Positions 40,401 through 52,781 of a stretch of 64,000 nt of DNA are shown one piece after another. Below the pieces are notes generated by a model. It was not told the origin of the DNA, made no database searches, and saw only the letters and a list, made by a program, of their open reading frames with translations. Source of the stretch: Adineta vaga (Eukaryota > Animalia > Rotifera); assembly GCA_021613535.1 (NCBI GenBank), contig CP075495.1:6200001-6264000 (forward strand), read 5' to 3'. Numbering within the stretch: position 1 is the first letter of the stretch; each line of letters opens with the position of its first letter. Made by a program: the position numbers and the translations under genes.

Positions 40401-41577
40401 AAAATAGTCGAATCCAAAATCATTGCAAAATATTATTCTCGGATGTTTATTAGATTTAACAGAAAATACGAAATGTTTACATTTTATAATGGCATGGCAA
40501 GGTCGAAAACAACAACAATTTCCACATGTTCTTTGTGAATTATGGCGAGATGAAGAACGTGAAATACATGTATGAACGCAGGAGAAGTTTCTATATCAGA
40601 TAATTTTCTTTTTTTTTTAAGGTTGCTCGAACAGATAAAGGTGTAATTAGTGATCATGAAAAACCATTAATGGGTGCTCTTCAACAATCAGTACCAATTG
40701 TACCATTAAAACGTTCTGAACCAACCCGATCAGTTGTTGATTTGATCGATAATATGCGATCGAAAATCTATGGATTCTTTTGTAGAATAGGTTTTGGTAA
40801 TTTACCCGGTTTGCATGAAGAAGATTTTGTAACGTTATGTATTATTGAAAACTTTCTTGACTTTAAAATGGGTGAAATTTGGCAAGAAATGATGACTGAA
40901 TTAGAAATGGAAGGTACAAAATTGATTGCAACGGATACAGAAGCAACAGATACCATTCTTCGAGCAACAGATGAACGTGGATTAGGTAAAGCGGAAAAGA
41001 GAAGCATTGTTCAAAGATATACTTGATGAATACATTTTTCATTTAGCGGTTACGGCAACACAGAATTATATCTTAGAACAATACCATAAACAAGATTTAC
41101 AATTTGAAAAAGGATTCTATAATGAAGTAGAGATTAAAAACAAATTTGAGTTCTATATATTACGTTGAATATTTAGTTAATTCGAAATCATCAATTTCAA
41201 GAAAAACGACTCGAACAATGGAAAGCATATGTTGCACGAACATCGAAATATCCATTATTAATGGTAAGAAAAGTCAATAAAGGAAAATTTCTTTCCTATA
41301 CACGTATATCAATATATTTAGGTGGCGAAAGATGCTCAAAATGAATCTATTCGACAATCACGACCAGATGAAAAGAATTACACAGGTTATCATACAGTTC
41401 ATAATTTAGAAATTCCAAATTTATCAATAACGGTAAACAAATGATGATTAGATTTGTTTTTTTAAAAAGTTCTTTTCTTCATTTCATCTGCAGGCTTTTA
41501 CTGGTCGAATATTAAATATTGAAAGTACACCGGTGGAATTAGTTAATAAAGATCGACAGAACGAACTCATTTTATAA
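37487..41577 (+). CDS. CFAP69: Cilia- and flagella-associated protein 69, about 22 short exons
   Basis: Characteristic segments NPLLKNLKITVSQEDFEFKKLLINIVVLLS, WSLSQLEELQLHAIAAL, GNGFFGKGGRNNKRSQLKY, NMRSKIYGFFCRIGFGNLPGLHEEDFVTLCIIENFLDFKMGEIW; exon/intron pattern consistent. Confidence 0.9.
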
Positions 41578-41663
41578 AAATATTCTGAGTAGATTATTTT
41601 TATTTTTTCAAACATATTTTATAACTATTTTTTTTTATATCAATATATTAATCTTTTACGATC

Positions 41664-43959
41664 TTAAAATAACTTCTTATTCGATTGAACAGTAAAAACA
41701 GTCATAGTTTGTTGGGATGAAAAAAGATAACTTTTTAAAAGACGATTTAATGAATAATCATTGAGAAGATATCGTTTTTTAAAAGTATGATTATTTAGAT
41801 GACCATTTTTTAGTTGCCTGATAAGATTCATAATAGAATATGTAGTTGAGTTCAAATTGGTTAATAAACCTGTCGATCGAATTGAACAAATAGGTGCTAA
41901 ATGTAAGAAGAGAAATGAACTGGATAAAGATGATTGTTTATGATGAAAATTAATGATGAATATTTGATGAGCAAATGACCTTGTTGTATGAAAGCGATTG
42001 ATGGCTATATCGATATCATCGGAAGTTTGTAATGATATTTCACATGATGGTTGAAGAAGTCTGTTTTTACCTGAAAATCAGAATATTGATGATTAGAAGA
42101 ATCAGATTCTTAGATAATTTACCTGTATCAATCAAACGTATTCGTTGCATTTTTGTAAGATCACAAATTGAATTATTGAAGAAAACAAGATTCATACATG
42201 TCATTTGTATTGATTGATTTTGAAGAATCGTTTTCAAAGTATTCGAAAGAGTTTTATAAATATATCGAAGAAATAAAGAACGATCTTTTTCAAATTGCTT
42301 ATCATTATCAAGAAGAATACAGATTGAATTGTAATTATTATCAGATGTTAACATAACTTGTAAATCAATTAGTTGACCGATTGTACTATCATTATCATTT
42401 AATATCGTTTGAAAATGTGTAGAAGCTGTAGAATTTTCGGATGCCCTAACAATCGTTGTATGTTCATGTGCTTTATAACTAGGAGGGATGTCTGTGAGAT
42501 TATTCGAAGCTACGAACGATGATAACTGAGTACGATGTAGTTTTTTTCGATAGTATAAACGTTGAAGAAAATGATGAATACATTTTTTATTTCGATATCG
42601 AAGTCTTCGTCGAAGAAACAATCGATAAGAGCCAAGTTTTGAAGAAAACGTTTTTTGCATTGAATCGTCATTTGATGTTATGAATAGATCGGATCTTTGA
42701 TCACATGTCATTTGTTCACTATTATTATTGTAATCAACAGCTTCACAAGCATTGATACATTTTAATGGTCGAGAAGACATTGCTATAAGTTCCTCCTTCA
42801 AATCTATATCGGAAGGTCTAGTATTGTATTCATAGCGTAGCGAATCAATTGAAATCGAATGCTGTTTTATATTTTGCATTTTTCGTGATATTGTCGATAA
42901 ACGATCTTTATGTTGCTTAGTCGGATCATCTGATTTGAAGTGTTTGACTTCTCTCTGATATTCATTTTTTTTAATTATATATGATAGTGTGTTTACTTGA
43001 CAAGCTGCTGCTACAGTCATCGACGTTCTTTCTTCAATCTTTGCATCATTCCATTCACTCATTGGACTTTGCGGCAATAGTATAGCATGTAATTTTGTCT
43101 GTGTTCCTTGTGCCATGCTAGATATTACTATTGTTGTTGCTGTTTGAAATGGGTTTTGTACAAGATTTGATTCTTGTGAAACAGAGTGGAATGATGTTGA
43201 ACTATTGACAGAATAACCATTGTTTATCGATTGTACTGAATATTGTTCGTTGTTATCATCGTCATCGTGCAAAAGTGTAATTGACTTCAAAGAAAACAAA
43301 ACAATAGACATCAGCCGATGAATGATCTTTCAATGGAACATGTTTCAAACCTTAGCGTTTGACGATATATTTTCAAGATCTTCTTCTCGTGTTTGTAGTG
43401 AAAGTGATTGTTGTGGATCATTTGCCAATAGAACTTTATTCATCTGATCAAGAATCTTTTCTAATTGAATTTGATTTTGAACTTTTTGTTGTCGATTGAA
43501 CAATCTTGATTGTTTGTATGCATTACAGTTAATATTCATTTGTTTTGTTGCCAATACAATAGATTGACAGTATGTACAATAAGATTCTAATTTTCGTAGA
43601 CATGGACATTCAATGATAGCTAATTCATATTGATATGAATTCTGTACTGAACAATTGCATTCGAGAAGAACAATTTCGAATATTCTTACGCATTGATTTT
43701 GTTGTAAGAACGAGAGAAACTGTTCACTTAAATGAATGTATTCATACCATGGATTTATAAGATATGTTAAATTCATATGAATGAGCAATGCGCAAGTATC
43801 TGTTCGATGTTGAGAACCAGATTTGAAATGAACTTTCCCGTTATTGTCAAAAACTTTCCAACTAGATAGAAATGATTGTTTTCGATCAAGAATTGAACGA
43901 TAATTTTCAATAATTTGATATATTTCATTATTAGAATTACAAAGACATTGTTTTTCCAT
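41664..43959 (-). CDS. Uncharacterised protein of about 725 aa with a degenerate kinesin-motor-like C-terminal region; exons 43959-43351, 43284-42123, 42070-41664
   Basis: Introns 43285-43350 and 42071-42122 (GT-AG) join ORFs 43345-43959, 42067-43311 and 41664-41855 in frame. The kinesin similarity is by eye (see findings). Confidence 0.7.
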
Positions 43960-44519
43960 TTTATTTGATGACTTATACTGATTCGTAAAGTTAAATTGGC
44001 ATTATATAACGAAACATATATATTCACTATTCTCATTAAAAAAATAGGATAAATAAACAGCTGTAGGCTATATTTGAATTGCGCCATTGATATTGAGCTT
44101 GATCGTCTCATTAGAGCCGAAAAGTATGATGCAACTGCATAAATCTACTATTCTCAGACTATGAATAATCGTGCATATTTGCAAATATGTTTTGGGTTTA
44201 TTTTCTTTTCAACCCTTGAAATTCTAGAAGAAAGAACGTAAGAAGAAGAAGAAAAAGACGAAGAATACAAATTGTTAGACATTAGTGGAAGAAGAATAAA
44301 CCAGTAAGAAAGAAAAAAAAAGAAAGAATAGAAAGAAATACCTAAGTACGTCAACTGATGACAAGCCCTTTTATTCATTCGTCAATTCATCGCCTACACT
44401 CTTATTCATACAAACACGTAACGTGCGTCAAATATTAACGACTTTCTTTTTTAAATCGTTTATTTTTATATTAGTGATAGCGAAGTTAAACAAAACAAAA
44501 GAAGAAATAGAAATCGATT

Positions 44520-46699
44520 ATGTATCCTAATCAACGATATCCTCAACCAGGTGGAGGTCCAAACGTTCCTCCTTATCCACAGCAATCACCACACAATCCT
44601 ACTGGAGCGTATCCACAACAACAACCACCTTATGGTAATACGCCATCGTACGGTATTTCATCTGGCTTAGGAGGGTAAGAGAAAACGATCCTTCATGTTT
44701 AGAACGATAAATTTACTGTGTTTAAATCAAAATTATTTAAATGAAGGAGAAAGATAAGTTTATGTGTTTTTATCCGATTTGCGAATATGTATGAGAATTA
44801 TTTTATTGGTCAGTAAAAATATGTATCGAATAGACATGTTAAGATTCTACAATCATTGGTTGCTCTCAAACGTTATCTAGAGAAATAACCGAAAAAATAA
44901 GACATTTTCGCGATGAAAAAGTCACGTCTAGGCTCAGTTTATGTTTCATTCTACGTTTTGTTCGTAAAGAACATTTCAGCATGTCGCCTCTGCAAAGTGC
45001 CATTTTTTCTATTTTTATTTTTCAGAGTTTAGAGAGATTCCTATTTAAAAAAAAATATTTTCTCACATGAAGTGAAGAGGATTTTACCATCACACTAATA
45101 AGCCATAGTCTATATATTTTAGTAGTTAGTCATATATTCTTTATGATTTTTATTTTTTTGATGAAATGCAATATTTCTGAGGAAAGAGATAGACTTGAAG
45201 ACATTAGTGATAGATATACTCTGTATTGTATTCTAAAATTACGCAAAGAATCGCACTCTTTATTACTATAGAATAATGATTTGAAGTTGGTATAAGTGTA
45301 GATTAGAACATCATTATCGATCTATATTCTAGAGCTTTTCAACCAAACATGTCAGCACCTTATGGTGGTAATCAAGGCGGTTATGGAGGATCTGGCAATC
45401 CTTATGGACAAGGATCGAATCCACAAGGAGGTAATCCCTACGGACAAGGATCGAATCCACAAGGTGGAAATCCATATGGCCAAGGACCAAGTCCCCAAGG
45501 CGGAAATCCTTATGGACAAAGTAATTTCGGTGTGTCAGGTGGATCAACTGGCCCTGGAGGCTATCCTTCATCTGGTCAACAAGCATACGGTGGTAATCCA
45601 TATGGTCAAAATCCCGGTCAATCAGGAAGTAGCTATCCTCCTCCACAAGGCGGTGGCTATCCAGGTCAATCTGGTGGTTATCCTTCACAAAGCGGTGGAT
45701 ACCCAGGACAACAACAACAACAACCATATCCATCACAAGGTGGTTATCCTGGAGGTCAATCAAGTGGTGGACCAGGAATGGGTCCTAATGCTGGTGGTAT
45801 AATGTCCAATGATCAACGTATGCAACGTTTGAGTCAAGTTATTCAACAATATGAAATTAATCAACAATTTGCTTCTCGTTTACAAGCACTTGGATCTTGT
45901 GAAATTGTTATCTTATGTGATGATTCAGGTAGTATGAATACACCACTTCAAAATAGCAATCAAACACGATGGGACGAATTAAAATCTGTATGTAATAGAC
46001 GATTTCATAAGAAGAATATTTCTCTTCTCTTATATTTAGATCGTGAATATCATTACAGAAATCTGTGCAGTGATGGACTCGAATGGTGTTGATGTTTATT
46101 TTCTAAATCGTGATCCTGTAATGAATGTGACTAATCCACAAAGTATGCGACACGTTTTTAATTCACCACCACAAGGTTTAACACCATTGGTACCAGCACT
46201 GAGAAGAATTCTTGCTGCTAAACGTAATCAAACATTCGAAAAGAAATTATTAATTCTTGTTGCTACGGATGGGTAAACTATAGGAAAGAAGTCAATTTCA
46301 ATAATTCAACATAAGTTTATTTTCTATTTAGATCACCAACAAATGAACAAGGTCAAACAGATATTGGTTCATTAGAAGCCGTTCTACGTCATGAACGTAC
46401 TCCACAAACCTATATGACATTTTTAGCATGTACTGATGATCTTGAATCTGTTAGTTATTTATCAAACTGGGATAAAACAATGCCTAATTTGGATGTGATC
46501 GATGATTATCGTTCGGAACGTGCGGAAATTCAACGAACACGTGGACCCAGTTTTCCATTTTCTTTTGGTGATTATATTGTTAAGGCTCTACTCGGTTCCA
46601 TTGATCCTTGGTAACTTTCTTTTTAATTCTTTTAAACTAATCACAATTTAAATTTTCTTCGATAATTTTAGGTTTGATGCATTGGACGAACGTGCCTGA
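44520..46699 (+). CDS. G/P/Q/Y-rich low-complexity N-terminus + von Willebrand factor A domain; exons about 44520-44674, 45333-45987, 46040-46272, 46332-46610, 46672-46699
   Basis: MIDAS motif ILCDDSGSM, GLTPL, LILVATDG, C-terminal KALLGSIDPWFDALDE; GT-AG introns keep frame. Confidence 0.88.
45394..45519 (+). repeat. 3.5 tandem 36-bp units encoding GNPYGQGSNPQG
   Basis: Units differ mainly at third codon positions (ggc/ggt/gga, cct/ccc/cca, tat/tac). Confidence 0.9.
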
Positions 46700-47544
46700 A
46701 AAAAATCCTCTTCAGCATAGAACAAATGAAAACTTTCTTTCTTTTTCAAAAACAAAAACAGATTTGTGTATAGATGAATACTAATCGTTTTTAAAGAATT
46801 ACTAATCATGATTTTTAATTTTAACATTCTATTGATTAAATTTGGGAAGAAAAATAATATCTAATTCACCATAATATAACTGTCTGATTGATATTGATGC
46901 GTTTTTCAAAGTAGATTTCTAATTTTGTATGCTCAATCATATGGAAGAAATAAGCTATTTCTCATTGCTCTTCATTACACATTTATAATGTAATTCAATG
47001 ATTTTAAACTAGTTATTCTCTATATCTTTTACTTGTTGAATGTAATGATAGTATAACAATTATTCTTAACAGTGATTTTTTGTATTACATATTGCCATAA
47101 ATATTTTCCAGGTGTGTTGTTATCACTAATTGAATAAAACGATAACTCTTAAAATGGTCGTTAAAGCAATATCTTCATCTTATCTCGTATCATATATACA
47201 TATGTATATATGTAAATGTATCAAATTTTAATTTTATTCTTGCTGAAGATTATAAGATGTGAAATGATAATGATAGAGAAAAGGAAAATGTCATTCTTCT
47301 GTTCGATGAAATATTTACTTATATGTAGTTAATACCATTACATTTACTATTATCTTTTACCAATTTCTCTTTTATTTTGCACTTGAGACTAGCATTTTGA
47401 TAAAGTAAAAGAAAGAATCTGAGGGTAGGTTATACTTGTGTTTAGGTGTTTGAAGTTTACTAGTATGTATATTTGTGATAAGAGCAGTCACGAAAACGAT
47501 TTTTATCTATTTTATATATTATTATTGTGACAAAAGCAAAGAAA

Positions 47545-50277
47545 ATGGTCCATATTGCAGGCCTTTTTGCGAATAGGTAAGTAAGCAATATATCTAATAA
47601 AGAAATGTTGTTTGTAATAATGTAAAGCAGATATGATCACTGAAGATTTATTTTACTTCAAAAGTTAGCAAACACATTAGCTGTATTACTATGATAACCA
47701 ATAGCTCCGAGATTATTCGATAAGATTTTTCAAAACTATTATTTTATTTAGACGACGAACATTAACTATTGTTCTTATTGCTGTATCTGTACTTGTTATA
47801 TCTGGTGTTGTCATTGGTCTTGTGTTGGGTTTAAGAAAACGTAAGTATAGAACAATAAGTCTATTGAATACATGTATGTTTGAAAAGAAATCTTTTCGAA
47901 TTGTACGAACATTCTGTATCTGTAGGACTCAGTTGATTATTTTTCAATTTATATTTAGTAGAAAGAAAGATCGTATTGTTCAAATAGTTTTAATAACAAA
48001 TATTGATTTTATCTCGTTTATCTCGTTTATATTGATTAAATTTGAATTCTAGCTTTTCCTGATACTGACGAGGCTGTGTGTGGTTCTAGTCATGAAACGT
48101 ATGTTATAAATGGGTCATCTGTATTGGGAAAATATTCTCGAGCAGCTGTAGCTGTCGATAATGCTGATTGTTCAAGGATTGGTCGTGAAATCTTAGAAAG
48201 AAATGGTACATCTATGGATGCTGCTCTCGCTGCAGCTATTTGTAATGGTGTTTTAAATGCACATTCAATGGGTATTGGTGGTGGATGTGTTATAACAGTT
48301 TATTCGAAGTAAGAAAAACATTTTAAGAATTAAAGTTTCCGTTCTTTCAAAATTTTATTCATAGGAAAGAAAATAAAGCATATAGTATAGTTGGAGTAAG
48401 TGGAAGATAATTATAATTGAAACTTTTTATGGTACAAAATTATTCTTTTCTTTTTAGAGGGAACGAGCACCATTAGCTGCTAATTCAACTATGTTTGTTG
48501 GTAGACAAAATTTGTCTGAAGTTGGTGAGGATTTATGAAAAGAAACAAACGAATATTTGAAATGAGCAATTTATTTTTAAGGTGGATTAGCTATTGCAGT
48601 ACCTGGAGAACTACGAGCCTATGAATATGCTTATAATAGATTCGGTGGTGGTGTATCATGGAAACAACTTTTTGAACCAACTATTCAATTATGTCGAAAT
48701 GGCTTTCTAATTAGTACAGTCAAGGTTCAGCTATTCAACAATCATCACGTTATATTCTTGCTGATAGTGCACTAGGGTTTCTATGTCAATAAATATTCTC
48801 TATGAATACCTATTGTATAATTTATATATTTTAGTGAAGTTTTTATAAAAAACAGCACAACAAAAGAATTGTACAAAGCTGGTGATTATATGAAACGACC
48901 AAAGTTAGCGAATACATTGGAGATTATTGCTAATCAAGGTGCTGATGCATTCTATACCGGTGTTCTAGCTGATAAAATTGTTAAAGAAGTTACAGATAAT
49001 CGTGGAATAATTACTAAAGAGGATCTGGCAAATTATGCAGTTGATGTTCGTGAAGCATTAGCTGTTGATCTTAATGATACATATACTGCCTATACAACGC
49101 AAGCACCGACAAGTGGACCCATTCTTATTTTTATTCTAAATCTTCTTCAAGGTAATATAAATACTTTCTTGAAGAAAAAGAAAACGAATAATTTGTTGAT
49201 GAAAGGTTACAATCTCTATGAAAGAGGTGTGAAACAATCAGTACCATCTGTTCTCTTTTATCATCGTCTTATCGAAGCATTTAAATTTGCTTATGCTAAA
49301 CGAAGTGAACTTGGTGATCCATTAAAAATCAATATTACTGACGTATGAACAAATCTGATTTATCTTTGCTTTCGAATTCCAATTGAAAATGATATCTTCT
49401 TTTAGCTGATTCGTAATTTAACATCGAAAGATTATGCTGATAGTATACGTAGTAAAATTGAGTATGTTAAATCGATATTTTCTGTCTTTTCTTTTTTCAA
49501 GTTTTGAATTTAGTGATTCGAAAACATTTGGTTTTGAATATTATGGTGGAACTTGGCTTGATAAAATTACTACTGGAACAGCTCATCTTTCTGTCGTTGG
49601 ACTCGATGGTGATGCAGTTGCATTAACATCAACTGTTAATCTTTAGTATGAAATATTTTCAATTAATTCTTCGGAAAAACTTTCTTTTTCTTTCATTTTG
49701 TTATTAGTTATGGTTCGAAAGTTCTTGGATCTGAAACGGATATTGTCTATAATGATGAAATGGATGATTTTTCGACGCCAAATACTACGAATTATTTTGG
49801 CGTACCAGCAAGTCCAGCTAATTATATCGAACCAGGCAAACGACCTGTTTCATCTATGGCACCATTGATCATTATTGATAAACGTACTCGACAAATTCAA
49901 CAAGTTTTAGGTGCTAGTGGTGGTACGAAAATCACAACAAGTATTGCACAAGTTGCTATGCTTAATTTGTGGTTTAATGATGATATTAAAAAAGCAATTG
50001 ATTCTCCACGTCTTCATTCACAATTATTACCACAAGAAGTCATTGCTGAACGTGGTTTTGATTATGTAAAGAACATTCGTTTAGATCTCAATCAATTTTA
50101 TTTTATTTTATTTTATTTTAGACTATTTTACAACATTTAAAACAACGTGGACATAATATAACATGTGGTGCATTTGGTGGTTCAACAATTCAAGGTATCG
50201 AATGGCGTGAAGAAGCCAATCAATATTGGGCAAACTGTGATATACGTAAAGGTGGTGCACCTGATGGAATTAATTGA
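47545..50277 (+). CDS. GGT1: Gamma-glutamyltranspeptidase / glutathione hydrolase, type II membrane anchor, multi-exon; one apparent 1-nt deletion at about 48718
   Basis: TM segment TIVLIAVSVLVISGVVIGLVLGL; SMGIGGG; RERAP; IAVPGELR; HRLIEAFKFAYAKRSELGDP; catalytic GTAHLSVV; NDEMDDFS; PGKRPVSSMAP; GASGGTKIT; DIRKGGAPDG. Confidence 0.93.
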
Positions 50278-50411
50278 ATATAAATCATTTGGTTTGTTAT
50301 ATACAAAGTTTTCATTTCATTAAAAGAACAATGCATAAAATTGGAATAAAATAAAAGCTTTGGAAAAAAGATCTTATTTTATTTACATATTTGAAAAGTT
50401 GAAATATCATT

Positions 50412-52412
50412 TTAATGTTTTAGTTTCTTTGTAATTCTTTGAATATCATCAATAATTCGAAGATTTTCCGGATATGTCGGAGGAAAATTATGACGATAAA
50501 TTGCAGCTGCTTTTTCATAATAAACTAATGCTTGTTTATAATTATGTAATTCTTCATAGACACAAGCCATATTACTTAATGTTGATGCAATTGATGGATG
50601 TTTCGATGAAAACGATTTACTTTTTATCTTCAAAGCAAGTTCATAATGTTCTAAAGCTAAATGATAATTTTCAAGAAAACGATAAACACTTCCAATATTA
50701 TTATGTGCATGTCCTAAACAAAGATGATCCGATGGAAAATGTTTTTCCATAATTTTCAAAGCTTTTTCTTGATATTCAAGTGTTTTTTCATAATTCTTCT
50801 CTTCACCATAAATACAACCAATGTTATTTAAACACATAGCTAGTTTGGGATGATCATTACCATAGAATTCTATCCAAATATCTAATGCTTTTTGATATAA
50901 TTCACGTGCTTGAAAAGATTGTCCTTGTTTACGTTCAATATCAGCCATACTACTATAACTATCAGCAAGACTTGAATGATTTTCCGAATAGATTTGTTTT
51001 CTAATTTCAAGAGCTTTTTCATGCCATTGTGAACTTGATTTATAATCATCTTTTTCCATAGAAATATTACCTAATGCATAATAACATTCAGCAAGATTTT
51101 CTTGATCATAATCTGATAATTCTGTTAATAAACGATGATAGTATTTTTCAGCTTCACTTAATTTTCCCATTCTCCATAGTACATCACCGAAAGATAAAAT
51201 ACTCATTGGCTTATCTGTAAAATCTGTTTTAAAAGATTTTAAGATAGTTTTTAATTGTGAATCATCATTCGAACATAATGACATACGTACAATTGTTAAT
51301 CCATCGTGTTGAGTAGAAATATGATTGATTCGAAAGATTGATCCAATAAGAAATAGAATTTCATCATCTTGATTAGTATAACTTTGAGATTTGATGTTAC
51401 TAAATGGTTTTATTTCGTTAAGATAAGGATCAGCATCAATCTCGAATAGAATTCTTTCGGATTCATTCGATTCATTGAAATATTTCAATGCTTTTTGACG
51501 ATTTACAAATGTCGAAAGAAAAATATTCATTGAAATGAATCCATCAATACAATTCTTAATCAATTCTATTTGATCATGAGATAAAATTTGTGCACGATAA
51601 ACACGTATCGATGATGAACATGGATTTCGTTCCAATTGATTTTTAATATCATGAAAAAAAAATCGAAACAAATATAACATATCATATGTTTGTGCTTGTA
51701 ATGCTTTATTTAATAAGCGTGTTAGACAACAATCTCTTGTATACCACCATATAGCTTGATTTGATGTGTAAGTCTTTTCAAATTCATCGAGTATTGCTAA
51801 TTCGATTTTATTTGTTTTATATAAATCTCTACATATCGTAATTAAATTCGTTCTATCCATAGAATTTGATTTCATATGAAATAAACAATCAAAAAAGAAT
51901 TCGAAATGAAGAAAATGATTGTTCATATCAGTTGTTGATTGTTCATTCGTTGATGATTTTTTATAGAAATTAAATGACCATGATTCATCATTTTCCGATG
52001 TATTTCGTCGTGCACGATCTGATTGAATTTGACTAACTAATTCATCCAAATTAATAATTACACCTTTTACTTTCGGATATTTTTGTGACCAAATTTCATT
52101 TTTTTGTTTATCCATACAATAGACATAGATTGATGATATTTGTTTTGAACGATGAATACGTGGAACAATTTCTCGACCTAAACGACCACTTACAATTAGT
52201 ATAGTTCGACTTTGTTTTGGAAGATTTCGAATATATTGTAAACAATCATACGTATTCGTAAATCCTTTGAAATGATTGATTATATTTTGAAATTGTTGTT
52301 GAACATTAAGATTATCTGATGTCGCATTGATCGATGCATCAAGCCAAACAAGAGAATCAATCTCGAGATTATGTTCATCATTCAATAGAAATTTTTGTGA
52401 AGATGCTCCCAT
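50412..52412 (-). CDS. Receiver-like + ART-fold + TPR protein (ART-TPR gene 2), single coding exon, 666 aa
   Basis: LVWLD...LIVSGRLG...IYVYC N-domain; WWYTRD, VYRAQ, FLSTF, QDDEILF; about six 42-aa TPRs (HPKLAMCLNNIG, HPSIASTLSNMA). Confidence 0.9.
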   Translation of the reverse strand: MGASSQKFLLNDEHNLEIDSLVWLDASINATSDNLNVQQQFQNIINHFKGFTNTYDCLQYIRNLPKQSRTILIVSGRLGREIVPRIHRSKQISSIYVYCMDKQKNEIWSQKYPKVKGVIINLDELVSQIQSDRARRNTSENDESWSFNFYKKSSTNEQSTTDMNNHFLHFEFFFDCLFHMKSNSMDRTNLITICRDLYKTNKIELAILDEFEKTYTSNQAIWWYTRDCCLTRLLNKALQAQTYDMLYLFRFFFHDIKNQLERNPCSSSIRVYRAQILSHDQIELIKNCIDGFISMNIFLSTFVNRQKALKYFNESNESERILFEIDADPYLNEIKPFSNIKSQSYTNQDDEILFLIGSIFRINHISTQHDGLTIVRMSLCSNDDSQLKTILKSFKTDFTDKPMSILSFGDVLWRMGKLSEAEKYYHRLLTELSDYDQENLAECYYALGNISMEKDDYKSSSQWHEKALEIRKQIYSENHSSLADSYSSMADIERKQGQSFQARELYQKALDIWIEFYGNDHPKLAMCLNNIGCIYGEEKNYEKTLEYQEKALKIMEKHFPSDHLCLGHAHNNIGSVYRFLENYHLALEHYELALKIKSKSFSSKHPSIASTLSNMACVYEELHNYKQALVYYEKAAAIYRHNFPPTYPENLRIIDDIQRITKKLKH

Positions 52413-52781
52413 TAAATATCAAATTGAATAGAAATATCTAGAGAAAAATAAGAGCAAGGACATTTTGTCTTTGATTGATTCATTGAATAATCATTCAAAA
52501 TATGTGTATATATATATATGCATAATAGTAAGAGAAGAGAAAGAAAACGAATGAATATATTCATTGAATATTATTACTAGATGTTTCGAACGTGACACAT
52601 ACCTTAAGAGAAAAAAAAACTATTTATATATAATTATCAAAAGTAATCATTGCGTCATCTGATTATTTATGATATATGAAAGATAGACATCAAAGGACAT
52701 TAGTAATGATGGGTAAAACGAGATGATAATAAATAAAAGGCACTTTTTTCTTCGTACTACCTACATTTTTTCCCATTTTTG

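Noticed and set aside
44218-44230. Heat-shock element-like gaaattctagaa
   Set aside because: Spacing of the first unit does not fit nGAAnnTTCnnGAAn; expected by chance in AT-rich DNA.
48700-48780. GGT as a pseudogene
   Set aside because: Only one 1-nt deletion; catalytic motifs and splice sites are intact, so a sequencing error is more likely.
52395-52412. N-myristoylation signal MGASSQK on ART-TPR gene 2
   Set aside because: Lacks Ser/Thr at position 6 and is not shared by the paralogs.
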